Source: Histomonas meleagridis 2922-C6/04-290x (Eukaryota; Protista; Parabasalia). From it: 64,000 nt of DNA. The translations under genes and the position numbers were made by a program. The DNA is taken from the NCBI GenBank assembly GCA_020184695.1, contig JAANOX010000034.1:496001-560000 (forward strand). The letters run 5' to 3'. Below, piece after piece: positions 32,501-41,626 of the stretch (positions are counted from its first letter, which is position 1; every line of letters begins with the position of its first letter). Under the pieces are notes generated by a model. That model was not told the DNA's origin. It did not search any database and worked only from the letters and a program-made list of their open reading frames with translations.

Positions 32501-33708
32501 TTTAAAATGTTATAATTGATATTTGGAAAACAAATATCACATTTATAACTTTTGGCATTTAATGTTAAATTACGGATTGTCGCTTTTGTGAAATTAAAAT
32601 TAAAAATATGTGAATCAGATAAACAAAACTTAAATAAAAAAGTATGTGCCTCAAACGATAGCTTTCTGAGAAAACGTTGATCGTTGTCACTTTTTACATT
32701 AAATATTTTCGAAATTTTTCGTTTTATAAGTGAAAAGTCGATAATTAATGGCGTTGAGATTGTTATATCTGGCTTTTCAAGATAAAACACTTTTTTCTCA
32801 AGTTTAAGAGATAATACATCAACAAATGAACATGAATTTCTTGTAATTACTATATGACCTGTCGTAATTGAAGAATTACAATATGTAATTGTAGAAATTG
32901 AACAATTTAAAAGTTTTGTATATAAGGTCATGTTTAAAAGTGTTATTTTAATTGTGTCAATTTCGATTAGACATGAATCATTACTTAAATGATTTGATGT
33001 GATTTCGAGTTTTGTCTTTTGAATAGTTATGTGTTCGGGTATCATTGAAATTTGAATGAGCTTTGAAATAAACGTAAGCCCTTGTAAATGATTCATGACA
33101 AAATATGGAAACAAACGAGGAGATGAATTAGCTGAAATATTAATTTGAGGGATATGGGCAAGTGGTATATTAATTGTAGGAATAATATCAAATAGTTGCA
33201 ATTTAAAAATAACTGTATTTTGTTTCCTGATAAATTTAAGTAATAACGAGTTGATATTGATACGAATATTGTTTACATTAAGTTCGATATCTTTGATGAA
33301 AATTGATGCACAATTACAAAAAAATAAAAAACAAAAAGATAAAATTCGCTTAAATATCCATCGCTCAAATGAAAAAGATTCGTCATCTGTGTCTGCTTGT
33401 TTAAGAGAGTTTAACGAAATGTAAAATTTGTCTGCTGTTAATTGTATAAATGGTTTATCAAAATCAGATAATAAAAATGATAAAGGATGGAATCCAACTT
33501 TAAAGTTTACAATATTTATTGACCCATTAGAAGAACTTCCTTCGACATGTTTAATTGATGCCCATGAATCTCCTGGAATAAATGTAAAAGAATTTGGATA
33601 TAGAATAGATAACTTTTTTTTAGTTCTCCAAATGATAAGGTGGTGTGAGACATACCGAAGTACCCAGACTATAATTATTATAACCAAGAGAAACTTTAGC
33701 ATGCTCAT
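29545..33708 (-). CDS. Bridge-like lipid transfer protein, BLTP2/Hobbit/Fmp27-like
   Basis: N-terminal TM anchor, long beta-rich body, C-terminal pattern like the BLTP2/Apt1 end (FHSFNAELNLRR...QELHIFDVFGT..QFMAFIKRNL). Confidence 0.55.
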   Translation of the reverse strand: MSMLKFLLVIIIIVWVLRYVSHHLIIWRTKKKLSILYPNSFTFIPGDSWASIKHVEGSSSNGSINIVNFKVGFHPLSFLLSDFDKPFIQLTADKFYISLNSLKQADTDDESFSFERWIFKRILSFCFLFFCNCASIFIKDIELNVNNIRININSLLLKFIRKQNTVIFKLQLFDIIPTINIPLAHIPQINISANSSPRLFPYFVMNHLQGLTFISKLIQISMIPEHITIQKTKLEITSNHLSNDSCLIEIDTIKITLLNMTLYTKLLNCSISTITYCNSSITTGHIVITRNSCSFVDVLSLKLEKKVFYLEKPDITISTPLIIDFSLIKRKISKIFNVKSDNDQRFLRKLSFEAHTFLFKFCLSDSHIFNFNFTKATIRNLTLNAKSYKCDICFPNINYNILKGTHGQIIFYKPIFALKLDKCEITLTPQFAENSFFQEVFAIFSYINNIYHGIPKEEREKLPPLKRNISFKFKYVKVTMLNNELAIQMSKINEAKSSAMQNLLQIQSKAIELIKAQKTKNFDLDQFELNSKILLMKLFRESLKSMPKSENYLFIFEGENLQVDLNGPSIANKFIALEQIKEFCPTIKNEEFGKVSGAPITFKSFKSSLKLPHVGEILNFINSNVNGVVYIGKNNGITISDFYHFKIVCDNNQLEILIPQISSKSVTFINLNGDFDKFYIKCTPLILEFFQDNKIGTSLFRLLKFRYRRINFFDFCKLRIQTKINFNIKDFKIGLNDSFHAYSHKDNILIQNEETNFIIEDKEFKINSEITNIKLLTNDGYKNVSNIKNILIILKIPSKNPKNPENIYPTFIPINSYKMIDPNYDPFEKYRTITYTIVINVIFNDIPIFIDLDNLFLILQKVFIQKENKYLIKFYNPPRFTKHLEQHPYLNGFEVNVHLPSFSFSYLKNKINAKIFGESQNFYNFKLTNNRRTTNLFVDYNILNFSSYLNSFVLASIYLNKFTFRKSIEGIKVITESVLADISLDILSLIEEFNIPKFPKKIIKSKIPDLFTINDLNNNFQMSKLILNPKEIKIRFHINDESVLQMNLLDNMFEIHENDTNAKLISFVSNNINGSSLAGEPIFEILNPKIYHANSTTLKIDIIEIENVAFKFKSSDFEMFISIYKKLISQVNFLNLERGTKIQTKHSISFTLQKFSIRLYKNDSLFCSLKSNEIVFKNLIERDSSQIISFSLKSISASQETSDDLFKNMLITTKTPLFSLYIDKAPNLMKYPVFKIIEIQVSSFIIRIPIPFIHQLIEIFPSAESFKVLDLDSMNDIEETPNIIDNNNLNDSDTHNALFCQEFNFHSFNAELNLRRKEKRGVFSEFLNRPFQYQELHIFDVFGTQEQFMAFIKRNLKWTAIKALPKLFFAKKRRDSNDINMELEDKE

Positions 33709-34207
33709 TTTGGCATTAAACGGGGCACCCCAGATTCTGGGTAAAAAATGAAAACAAAAAAAATCGCTTTCACATACTTTTAAAGCTAAAATCTGTTTTG
33801 ATTTTGTAAATCTAGTTGTATGTGAATTAGCTTTTTGTTGGAAAACATTTTAGTATAAAATTAAATTAATCTTTATAAATTTATTGTTGTCATTTAATTG
33901 TAAATAGCTTCAAAAAATAAAGCAAATACAAATTTCGTTTGATTTGTTTAATTTAAATGATAATTAAAGATTGATGATTCCTTGAATTTGCTAAAAATTT
34001 ATATTATTGTTAACTTTATTGGTTTCCCAGGAGAACTTATTGTCGGCTTTTCTATCATCAATGATTTTTTTAAGTTTTGTTTGTTAACCTTGAGAAATTT
34101 AGCTTTTATGGGAACAACCATCCACATCACATTTTTTTGAAAAGTACAAAATTTTGTACGTTTGAAATCGCTTTTGTATAGTGAAATATTATGTGAAATG
34201 CGCATTC

Positions 34208-35590
34208 ATGTCCAAAGCAAATGCGCATTGTTATGATATATTATCAAAATGGTGTGTTCAAAACAAAGACCTTCTTCCATACATAACAATACAAGATATT
34301 GGTGATTCAGATTCTTGTCAAAAGCCAATTAATATCCACAAAGATATGTTAAACAAACTTAAAGATTTCTTAAAAGCACTTAAAAAAGAAGAGGAAAAAA
34401 CGTATAACAAAATAAAAATTCAATCTAAGTTTCAAGGTTTACCACATCAAACTCATATCTTTAACGATAAACGTTATAACTTAAACTGTCATAAATGTGT
34501 ATTTGCTCGTTACGAAATGCACAATCTTAAAACAACTCTTTTATTGCAAAGACTTACTGACATTGAACAAAAGCGTGCAGAAACCAAGACATTAATATCA
34601 TTATATAAAGGTAACTTGCCTAAAAATGTTATAATTACAGCTACCAGTTCATTCCGCCACATGAATCACAAATCTAATAATACATATCTTCAATTATCTC
34701 ATTACATTGAACAGGAAACAAAAGAAATATCAAATTACCCTCAGCCACTTTGGGTTCAAGATTTCCCGCTTTTCTTCGCGGCTCTTATCCGTGAAGCAAT
34801 GATTGTTATGGATCAAGATTTTACATTTTCACTTCCAACAGCCTCTGAAGCCAACTTATCGCGATGTCTTGTTAGTGGGCGTCTTCCTTTTTCTCAATCC
34901 ATTCAAGGACTTCTTAATACGACAGATATTTCCAATATTACAGAAGACATAATGAACATTTGTAACACAATAATTTCAACCTTTAACGACTTAACCAAAT
35001 CTGAGATTACTTTTGGATATCAAATTCTCTATAGATGTCTCTTTGATATCTTTTTCACCAGCAAAAAGCACATTTGGAAAAGTGGCGAAAATTCACAACT
35101 TTACAAAATCTATCGTATATCACAGTTGACGCCGAAACATTTTAAGTTTTTTGCGACAATCAAAGACTTTCTTCCTCAAAATCCACAAATCCAAGAAAAT
35201 GTTACCATCATAGAATATGTCCGAAGTATTAAAGAGTATAAAGAAGCATCTGAAATGTTTTCATATGTAATCTTTTGTTCAAGTCCATTAGATATATTAT
35301 ATTGGACGAGCAAAACATTAAAGAAAATCAATGAAAATTGTTCTAAATTTTATAAAGAAAATCGAAATAAAGATCCGCCATTGAGTTTTGCATTCGATGA
35401 CATATTTTCGATGTTTTTGATGACATTTATAGGCTCTGGAATTGCAGACGTATTTGCGGTGTCTGATTTCGTGCAGAGATTTGCGCCAAATAAATTGTCG
35501 ACGCAATTCAACCAAGCGAAAATGCTATTACAGGCGTTGGCTTTGTATTGTGATGAAATAAATGCCGAAAGTTTAGAAAGTTGTGTATAA
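34208..35590 (+). CDS. Hypothetical protein with VPS9-like C-terminal domain
   Basis: SPLDILYWTSKTLKKI...FAFDDIFSMFL resembles the VPS9 core; ATG at 34208. Confidence 0.5.
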   Translation: MSKANAHCYDILSKWCVQNKDLLPYITIQDIGDSDSCQKPINIHKDMLNKLKDFLKALKKEEEKTYNKIKIQSKFQGLPHQTHIFNDKRYNLNCHKCVFARYEMHNLKTTLLLQRLTDIEQKRAETKTLISLYKGNLPKNVIITATSSFRHMNHKSNNTYLQLSHYIEQETKEISNYPQPLWVQDFPLFFAALIREAMIVMDQDFTFSLPTASEANLSRCLVSGRLPFSQSIQGLLNTTDISNITEDIMNICNTIISTFNDLTKSEITFGYQILYRCLFDIFFTSKKHIWKSGENSQLYKIYRISQLTPKHFKFFATIKDFLPQNPQIQENVTIIEYVRSIKEYKEASEMFSYVIFCSSPLDILYWTSKTLKKINENCSKFYKENRNKDPPLSFAFDDIFSMFLMTFIGSGIADVFAVSDFVQRFAPNKLSTQFNQAKMLLQALALYCDEINAESLESCV

Positions 35591-35924
35591 AATAAATAAA
35601 TAAAAAATAGTTTTCATGAAAATGTTATTTTACTTTTGTCGAAAATTCAGTTATTTTAAATAAAATTTCATATATTGAATAAAAGTTTTAATAATTTGTA
35701 AACATTTATTTCTTCTTCTTTTGTTTGAATTAATAACAAATATTCTAAATAGAGATCAAATTTATTCCTTTGAGAAAAAATGTTGGCTATATGACAAATG
35801 ATATTGTTGAAAATACATGGTTGAACTGATTTGAATAATTAAGTTGTTTGTTGAACTGATGATTGAAGATTTTCTTCTTTGATTTGAAAAATATCTTGCT
35901 GGATATAATTTAACAATTTTATAT

Positions 35925-35990
35925 TTCAAGAAGTAATTTAACTATCTCTATAGAATCATTTAAAGATGCATGCATAAGTGCTGTTTCAAA
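35925..35990 (-). pseudogene. Orphan ankyrin repeat remnant
   Basis: FETALMHASLNDSIEIVKLLLE; flanking sequence resembles decayed DUF3447-family N-terminus. Confidence 0.6.
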
Positions 35991-36174
35991 TCCTTAAAAT
36001 AATTTTCAATCTTATATAAGTGCTCTGTTTGCTAATAAATATAAAAAATACGTAAATAAAATCAAAAAGTTTTAAAAATAATAAATAAAAAAATTAAATA
36101 CCTTTAATCAAAATATTTTTGCAATTCTTGAAGTCAAATTTAAGATAATGAATTCATTATTGTTTATTTATATT

Positions 36175-36792
36175 TCATGATAAATTACATAAATAATTAC
36201 TTTCGATTTGATTTTGTTTTTTATTGGTTTCTGCATTGTTTATAAAATTTTTAACTATTTTCGTGACCAAAAAAGCAAATGCTTCACGAACATTGATTTC
36301 TTTAATAGACGATGCTTCATAGAAAATGAGATTTTCACTCTTACTGAACTCAACTCCTTCTTCGAAAGAGACTTCGCGCTTTTCATCAACGTCACACTTC
36401 GATCCAATCAGCATAATAACAACTTTGCTATTAGATTGACGAATACTTTTTATCCACTCAGGAATCATCTGAAATGTGTCCTTTTGTGTGATGTCGTAGA
36501 GAAGAATTACTCCATTTATTTCAAGACGAGTTAAATATAAATGGTAATTTGGTGGGGGCTTTTTTGGAATTTCAGCTCCAACAAGATCATATAAATGTAC
36601 GTCAACAGTTTTTCCTTCTACTATCATTTTTTTTGTGTATGAATAAGCTAATGGACTTGGATTTATTCCAGGCATTTCATAAATAACACATGAAACAAAA
36701 CTTGTCTTACCAACATGTCTACTACCACCTATGGCAATATTGCATGTAAAGTTTGACTCTTGTTGCTTCTCCATTACGAAAAGGATTCGCAA
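36175..36792 (-). CDS. Divergent Rab-like small GTPase
   Basis: G1 GSRHVGKT, G3 DLVG, G4 SKCD, G5 EASS, C-terminal CNLS prenylation-type motif. Confidence 0.85.
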   Translation of the reverse strand: MRILFVMEKQQESNFTCNIAIGGSRHVGKTSFVSCVIYEMPGINPSPLAYSYTKKMIVEGKTVDVHLYDLVGAEIPKKPPPNYHLYLTRLEINGVILLYDITQKDTFQMIPEWIKSIRQSNSKVVIMLIGSKCDVDEKREVSFEEGVEFSKSENLIFYEASSIKEINVREAFAFLVTKIVKNFINNAETNKKQNQIESNYLCNLS

Positions 36793-37002
36793 AGATTTAT
36801 ATCTCTATCGTATTTGATCAATGAGAAAAACGGTAAAAATTTATCACTGCATATATTTTTCAAAAGAATTTTCTTGAAAGTAATGTCTGAATGAAATGAA
36901 GTTTTTTCCAAAAATTCTCAATAAGCATGAATTGCTTTGAGCATTTTATTTCCAAATGATCACCATAAGAAGATAAAAGTAAAAAGTTTGTTTTGGTGTT
37001 TA

Positions 37003-37581
37003 TTAAGCTGCTTTACGTTTAGTGATACTTGCCTTATAACCAGCTTTAATTTGTTGAACCGATCTTTGAGCAGTGCATTGGTTACATTTAATGAATAATA
37101 AACGATTGTTCTTCTCAAGTTTTGTATCAGCAGAACCGCAAACAGGACACTTAACATATTGGTGTACATATTGTAATATGTATTTTTCAATTGCGTTCAT
37201 TTGAAGACGACCTGTAATAATAAGACCTCCTTTGCCATCAATTGAGGCGTCTGTGTTCTGTTCAGTGCAGATGTAATGTTTGACATGCTCTGGGTCTCTT
37301 TTAATACTTTTACAAATAGTTGTGAAATTGAGGAAAATAGTTTTCTTGGCCTTCTTTTCAATTTGAATAGCTGGAAGACGGATGCTGCGTGAGGTGGAAG
37401 AGGATTCTACGTTTTTGCTGTGCATTAAGTTAAAAGCTCTTTCAATCATTTCGGAATATGGATATAAATTAACTTTAGAACTAGATGAATTGATTCTTGA
37501 TGATTCCATAACTTCAGTACGAATGTGAGGTCTCTTTTTTAAACAATTAGGATTAAATTCTCCAAGGAGTGGTGTTGCCAT
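37003..37581 (-). CDS. EIF2S2: Translation initiation factor eIF2 beta subunit
   Basis: YPYSEMIERAF, KKTIFLNF, CPVCGS...CNQC zinc ribbon, AGYKA end. Confidence 0.9.
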   Translation of the reverse strand: MATPLLGEFNPNCLKKRPHIRTEVMESSRINSSSSKVNLYPYSEMIERAFNLMHSKNVESSSTSRSIRLPAIQIEKKAKKTIFLNFTTICKSIKRDPEHVKHYICTEQNTDASIDGKGGLIITGRLQMNAIEKYILQYVHQYVKCPVCGSADTKLEKNNRLLFIKCNQCTAQRSVQQIKAGYKASITKRKAA

Positions 37582-38006
37582 ATCGATTTTGGTCCTGGAA
37601 ATAACCGTAAAAGTGACACTTGACGAAATTTACTCACAAAAAATTGATAGGGATATGATCGTTCATGGAATTTCAGAACTTGAAATCGTCCAATCATCAA
37701 TCTTCCCTAAAATAGGGTTTTAAGTTATGGTAACATTTGGAGAAATATCTTAATTTTTGCATTTTAATATAATAGAAATTTTGTTTAAATTAATTTCAGG
37801 TCAGTTTTTAGATGAAATATATAAAATGTTATATTGGTACCAATTTTTCCATAAATTATTATTAAAATTACACATTCCTTTCTTTGATTTTATAATTATA
37901 ATTATATCAATTTTTAATAAAATGATAAAAGTAATTTTAAACATAAACTTACAAAAATAGAAAATAACTTTATTTTATTTTTATTATACGCAAAAAAAGA
38001 TTCATA

Positions 38007-40520
38007 TTAAACATCCCGTAGTAATTCTAATGTGTCTTTTTCTGATGTTTTGTTGTTCTTTTCTTCTTCTTCAGCTGTTTCCATATCGTTACTTTTAGAT
38101 TCCTTTAATATCAATTTATTTATTATTAACCAAATCATCAAAACAAATAATAAAATCACAAATATTATGATCAATATAATTTCTTCTGTATTCAAGCCCA
38201 CATATTCCAATGAAAATTTTGCTTTTGAACTTTGAATTGCCAAACAAGTTATATTTACATATAACTTTGTTATGATATTTGATCCTATTTTTAAGTAAGT
38301 TTTAGTTCCATTCAAATACCCTGTTTCTTCTACTGCAAGTTTACTTTTGGAATCATACCCGAAAAGATTATATTTGATTGCAGCTCCACTTTTTGTAAAC
38401 TGTTCAATTTTTAATTGTAAACTTTCACTTAAGTTTTCTATTACAAAAAACAATGTTTGATAAGGAGAAAAATCTATTGCAATTGTTTTATTATTATTTA
38501 TATCAAGTGACAAAATTTTGTTTTGACAAAATAAACCAACATATCCATCATTACATATACATCCATTATTAATTTTATATGTGTTCTTTGATATACATAA
38601 TAATGACCAATTTGTTTTTGTCGTTACTTTTTTTAGATGAGAAAAATTACCAACAATAGCGAGAGATGTCTTTGATGAACAATCTTTCTTAATACATTTA
38701 CTACTTCTAATATGAAGAGAATAAATTCCATTTTCAATATTATTTTGATCGATAAAAATTCGTTCATTTGTAGAATGTATATCTTCATTAGAATTATATA
38801 AAGGATGTAATATATTACCATTTGGTCTAACAACAAAAAGATCAATATCATGAACTAATGGTATAAGTGATTCATGTGATAATACATCATCAATATATGA
38901 CATAACAATTCTTAAATCACTATTATTAGTTACATCAATTCGATAAACAATTTCATCATTTTTTGAAACATCAAAAGTTTCAAATGATACATTTTTACCA
39001 CTAAGTTCATATATTAAATTCGTTATATTTATCATACCAAAGCCCCATTTAGGATCAGGAGTTTGTGGATTTATTGGATTATCAGCGGAAGCAATTGCTA
39101 AAGCTCTTAATAAACATGAAGAAATATTTTTTATATTAAATTTTTTCTCTAAATATTCACGAATTAATAACAAAGAACCAGAAACAAATGGACAAGCCAT
39201 AGATGTTCCAAAATTTAATTCAATAATTTTATCCAAATTTTTACTTGCACTAAATATGAATTCACCAGGTGCTACAACTTCAGGTTTAATTTGCCCATAA
39301 ATTGTTGGACCATTTCCTTGAAATTTTGAAATTTTTGGTTTTTTAATTATTTCATGAGTTGAATAATCATATAATTGACTAAGCGCACCCACAGTTAATA
39401 CATTTTTAGCATTCGATGGACCAGTCACATAGTTAAGAGAAGGATTATTACCCGAAGAAAAAACAAAAAGAAATTCAGGATATTCATATGAAGTATGATC
39501 TAAAAGATATCTAAAAACTTGACCTATTCCTTCTAATTTATCCATTCCCCACGAATTAGAAGATATATATGAATTACATTTAGACATAGAGTTAATTACT
39601 ATATCAATTATTTCAATTCCTATCTTTGCAATTCCTTTCGAATCTTCAGTATCAATAATAATTAATTTGGCATCAGGAGCTGTTCCATTAAAAAATGAAT
39701 ATTCATTATCTTTTGATACACTGCCAACAGCTATTCCTGATACATGTGTGCCATGGCCACTATTATCATTAAAGTCATCACTATTAATCGAAATATATGA
39801 AGCAATTTTCCGATGTGAAAATGAACAAATATTATAAGGAATAGAAATGTTTCTTGAATCATGGAAAAAAATTGATTCGGTATTAATTCCACTATCAACA
39901 ATTGTAATGACTTCGCCTTCCCCTCGATAACCTAAATCATGAAGAGGGCGTTGAAGTAATGGAAATCCATTTTTAATGGTGAATTGTTTATGTATTCCTC
40001 CTTGTAAATATCCAACAGCAACAGAATTAAAAAAAGATATTTTAGTTGGTAAATAAATTGATAACACTAAATTAGAACTTATTAACTCATTAAGCTCAGT
40101 GCTGTTTGAATGAAGTTTTACAGTAAATATATCTCTTTTTATAGTTTTAATGATTTGAAAATTTGATTGAGAAAAATTAGGATGAGCAATAACTACAACT
40201 GTATCAGATTTTATTAATTCTGAAATATCAGACTTTAATTTCTCTGATTGAGGAATTATATAAATATATGCTTCATTGGTTGAATTAATTGCTGAAATTT
40301 CTGATGGTGAGAGAAAAGAAAAAAAGGAATTTTTGGTGATTTGATGATAAAAATCAAAAAAGCATTCATATTTTTCATAAAATGATTCATCTAAAACTTG
40401 AATTTTACACCAATGTGAACTTGATATATTATATGATTTTGTAGAATATCCTGTTTTTTCTTCGAGGGCTTTAACTACTTTGGAATTTTGTCCAAAACAT
40501 TGAATTAAAAAAAGAAGCAT
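38007..40520 (-). CDS. Membrane-anchored subtilisin-like serine protease (family S8)
   Basis: Catalytic VDSG, GHGTHVSG, GTSMACP; N-terminal hydrophobic segment, EGF-like CICNDGYVGLFC, C-terminal TM. Confidence 0.93.
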   Translation of the reverse strand: MLLFLIQCFGQNSKVVKALEEKTGYSTKSYNISSSHWCKIQVLDESFYEKYECFFDFYHQITKNSFFSFLSPSEISAINSTNEAYIYIIPQSEKLKSDISELIKSDTVVVIAHPNFSQSNFQIIKTIKRDIFTVKLHSNSTELNELISSNLVLSIYLPTKISFFNSVAVGYLQGGIHKQFTIKNGFPLLQRPLHDLGYRGEGEVITIVDSGINTESIFFHDSRNISIPYNICSFSHRKIASYISINSDDFNDNSGHGTHVSGIAVGSVSKDNEYSFFNGTAPDAKLIIIDTEDSKGIAKIGIEIIDIVINSMSKCNSYISSNSWGMDKLEGIGQVFRYLLDHTSYEYPEFLFVFSSGNNPSLNYVTGPSNAKNVLTVGALSQLYDYSTHEIIKKPKISKFQGNGPTIYGQIKPEVVAPGEFIFSASKNLDKIIELNFGTSMACPFVSGSLLLIREYLEKKFNIKNISSCLLRALAIASADNPINPQTPDPKWGFGMINITNLIYELSGKNVSFETFDVSKNDEIVYRIDVTNNSDLRIVMSYIDDVLSHESLIPLVHDIDLFVVRPNGNILHPLYNSNEDIHSTNERIFIDQNNIENGIYSLHIRSSKCIKKDCSSKTSLAIVGNFSHLKKVTTKTNWSLLCISKNTYKINNGCICNDGYVGLFCQNKILSLDINNNKTIAIDFSPYQTLFFVIENLSESLQLKIEQFTKSGAAIKYNLFGYDSKSKLAVEETGYLNGTKTYLKIGSNIITKLYVNITCLAIQSSKAKFSLEYVGLNTEEIILIIIFVILLFVLMIWLIINKLILKESKSNDMETAEEEEKNNKTSEKDTLELLRDV

Positions 40521-40974
40521 TTAGTAAAATCACTTGGGTATGTGATTTAGCTGTTTGTTGTTTTGAATACGACGGGTCTTTTCCAACTTTTTGAATGGTT
40601 TAGTATTTTTTGTTTGCGATTTTGAATATAATGAATTTGTCTTCAGGAGATTTACATCGAAAATCGTAGCAGATAGAATGATTTAATGAATTTAAGCATT
40701 ACCAAAAATATTTCTTTGTTATGGTTATAACAAATTTAACATTCAATAAATATTTTCTGAAATTAATTGTCAGTGTAAACAATTAAATTATTTTATTTTT
40801 TCTTTATTACTTATTCATTTTATTTTGACGAAAGTAAAATTTGATTTGGAAACAGCACAAGAAAAAAAAAGCTATTTGATGAAGCACCACAAACGATAGG
40901 AAATTCAATGATTAAAAATCGTTTTTTTCTGAAAAAACATATCGTTGTATTGAAGTAGGGAACGTTTAGATTAT

Positions 40975-41484
40975 TTAATCAGTGAAGAGTGCAGCAATAT
41001 CAGAATTATTTGCAATTGTCCACTTAACATCATTCCTTCCAATGGCTTTTCCACTTCCTGCGTGTTCAGCGGCAATTTGTAATAATTCTGAGACACATTG
41101 CTCTATTACAGCAGCTGTGTAAACAGTCGCTTCGCCATGAATTATCACGGTGTGATACTTCTCACGCATTCTAGATAACAAATCATCGAGAGGGAATTCT
41201 GGATCAGATGTTTTTCCAATTGGCTGACCTTTAGCCTTAAATTCTGAAAGTGCAGTATCACCAGCAGCTTTCATTTTATCAATCATTGACTCTGGGACAA
41301 AATGAGGTAAGGCAAGTATTACTTCCTTTTCATTCATTTCGACGATTGGTGCACAATTACGAGTAATCTTATCGAAAAGGATTAAAACAGCGTTATTAAG
41401 ATCCATAAGACCCATACCAGAGATTGAATTTGATGGATTAGTTTTGTGTAAAATTCTTGATACGCAAGCGTCGGAAAGAAACAT
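40975..41484 (-). CDS. Single-chain H2B-H2A histone-fold doublet
   Basis: N-half aligns to H2B (SRILHKTNPSNSIS..DLNNAVLILFDKI..KEVILALPHFVPESM..AGDTALSEF); C-half aligns to H2A (EFPLDDL..GEATVYTAAVIEQCVSELLQIA..NDVKWTIANNSDIAALF). Confidence 0.75.
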   Translation of the reverse strand: MFLSDACVSRILHKTNPSNSISGMGLMDLNNAVLILFDKITRNCAPIVEMNEKEVILALPHFVPESMIDKMKAAGDTALSEFKAKGQPIGKTSDPEFPLDDLLSRMREKYHTVIIHGEATVYTAAVIEQCVSELLQIAAEHAGSGKAIGRNDVKWTIANNSDIAALFTD

Positions 41485-41612
41485 TTTATTTGTTTATGTC
41501 AAATAATAATAACCGCCAAATAATTTAATAGTTTATTTTGACGATAGAAATTGTGATACTATTATAAATAAACTATTTAATTTGCATCCAACGATAGAAT
41601 TGAAAGCTTTGG

Positions 41613-41617
41613 TCATT
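41613..41617 (+). promoter_or_regulatory. Inr TCATT upstream of the RPA2 ATG
   Basis: GTCATTCACCAAAATATG, with the ATG at 41627. Confidence 0.6.
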
Positions 41618-41626
41618 CACCAAAAT

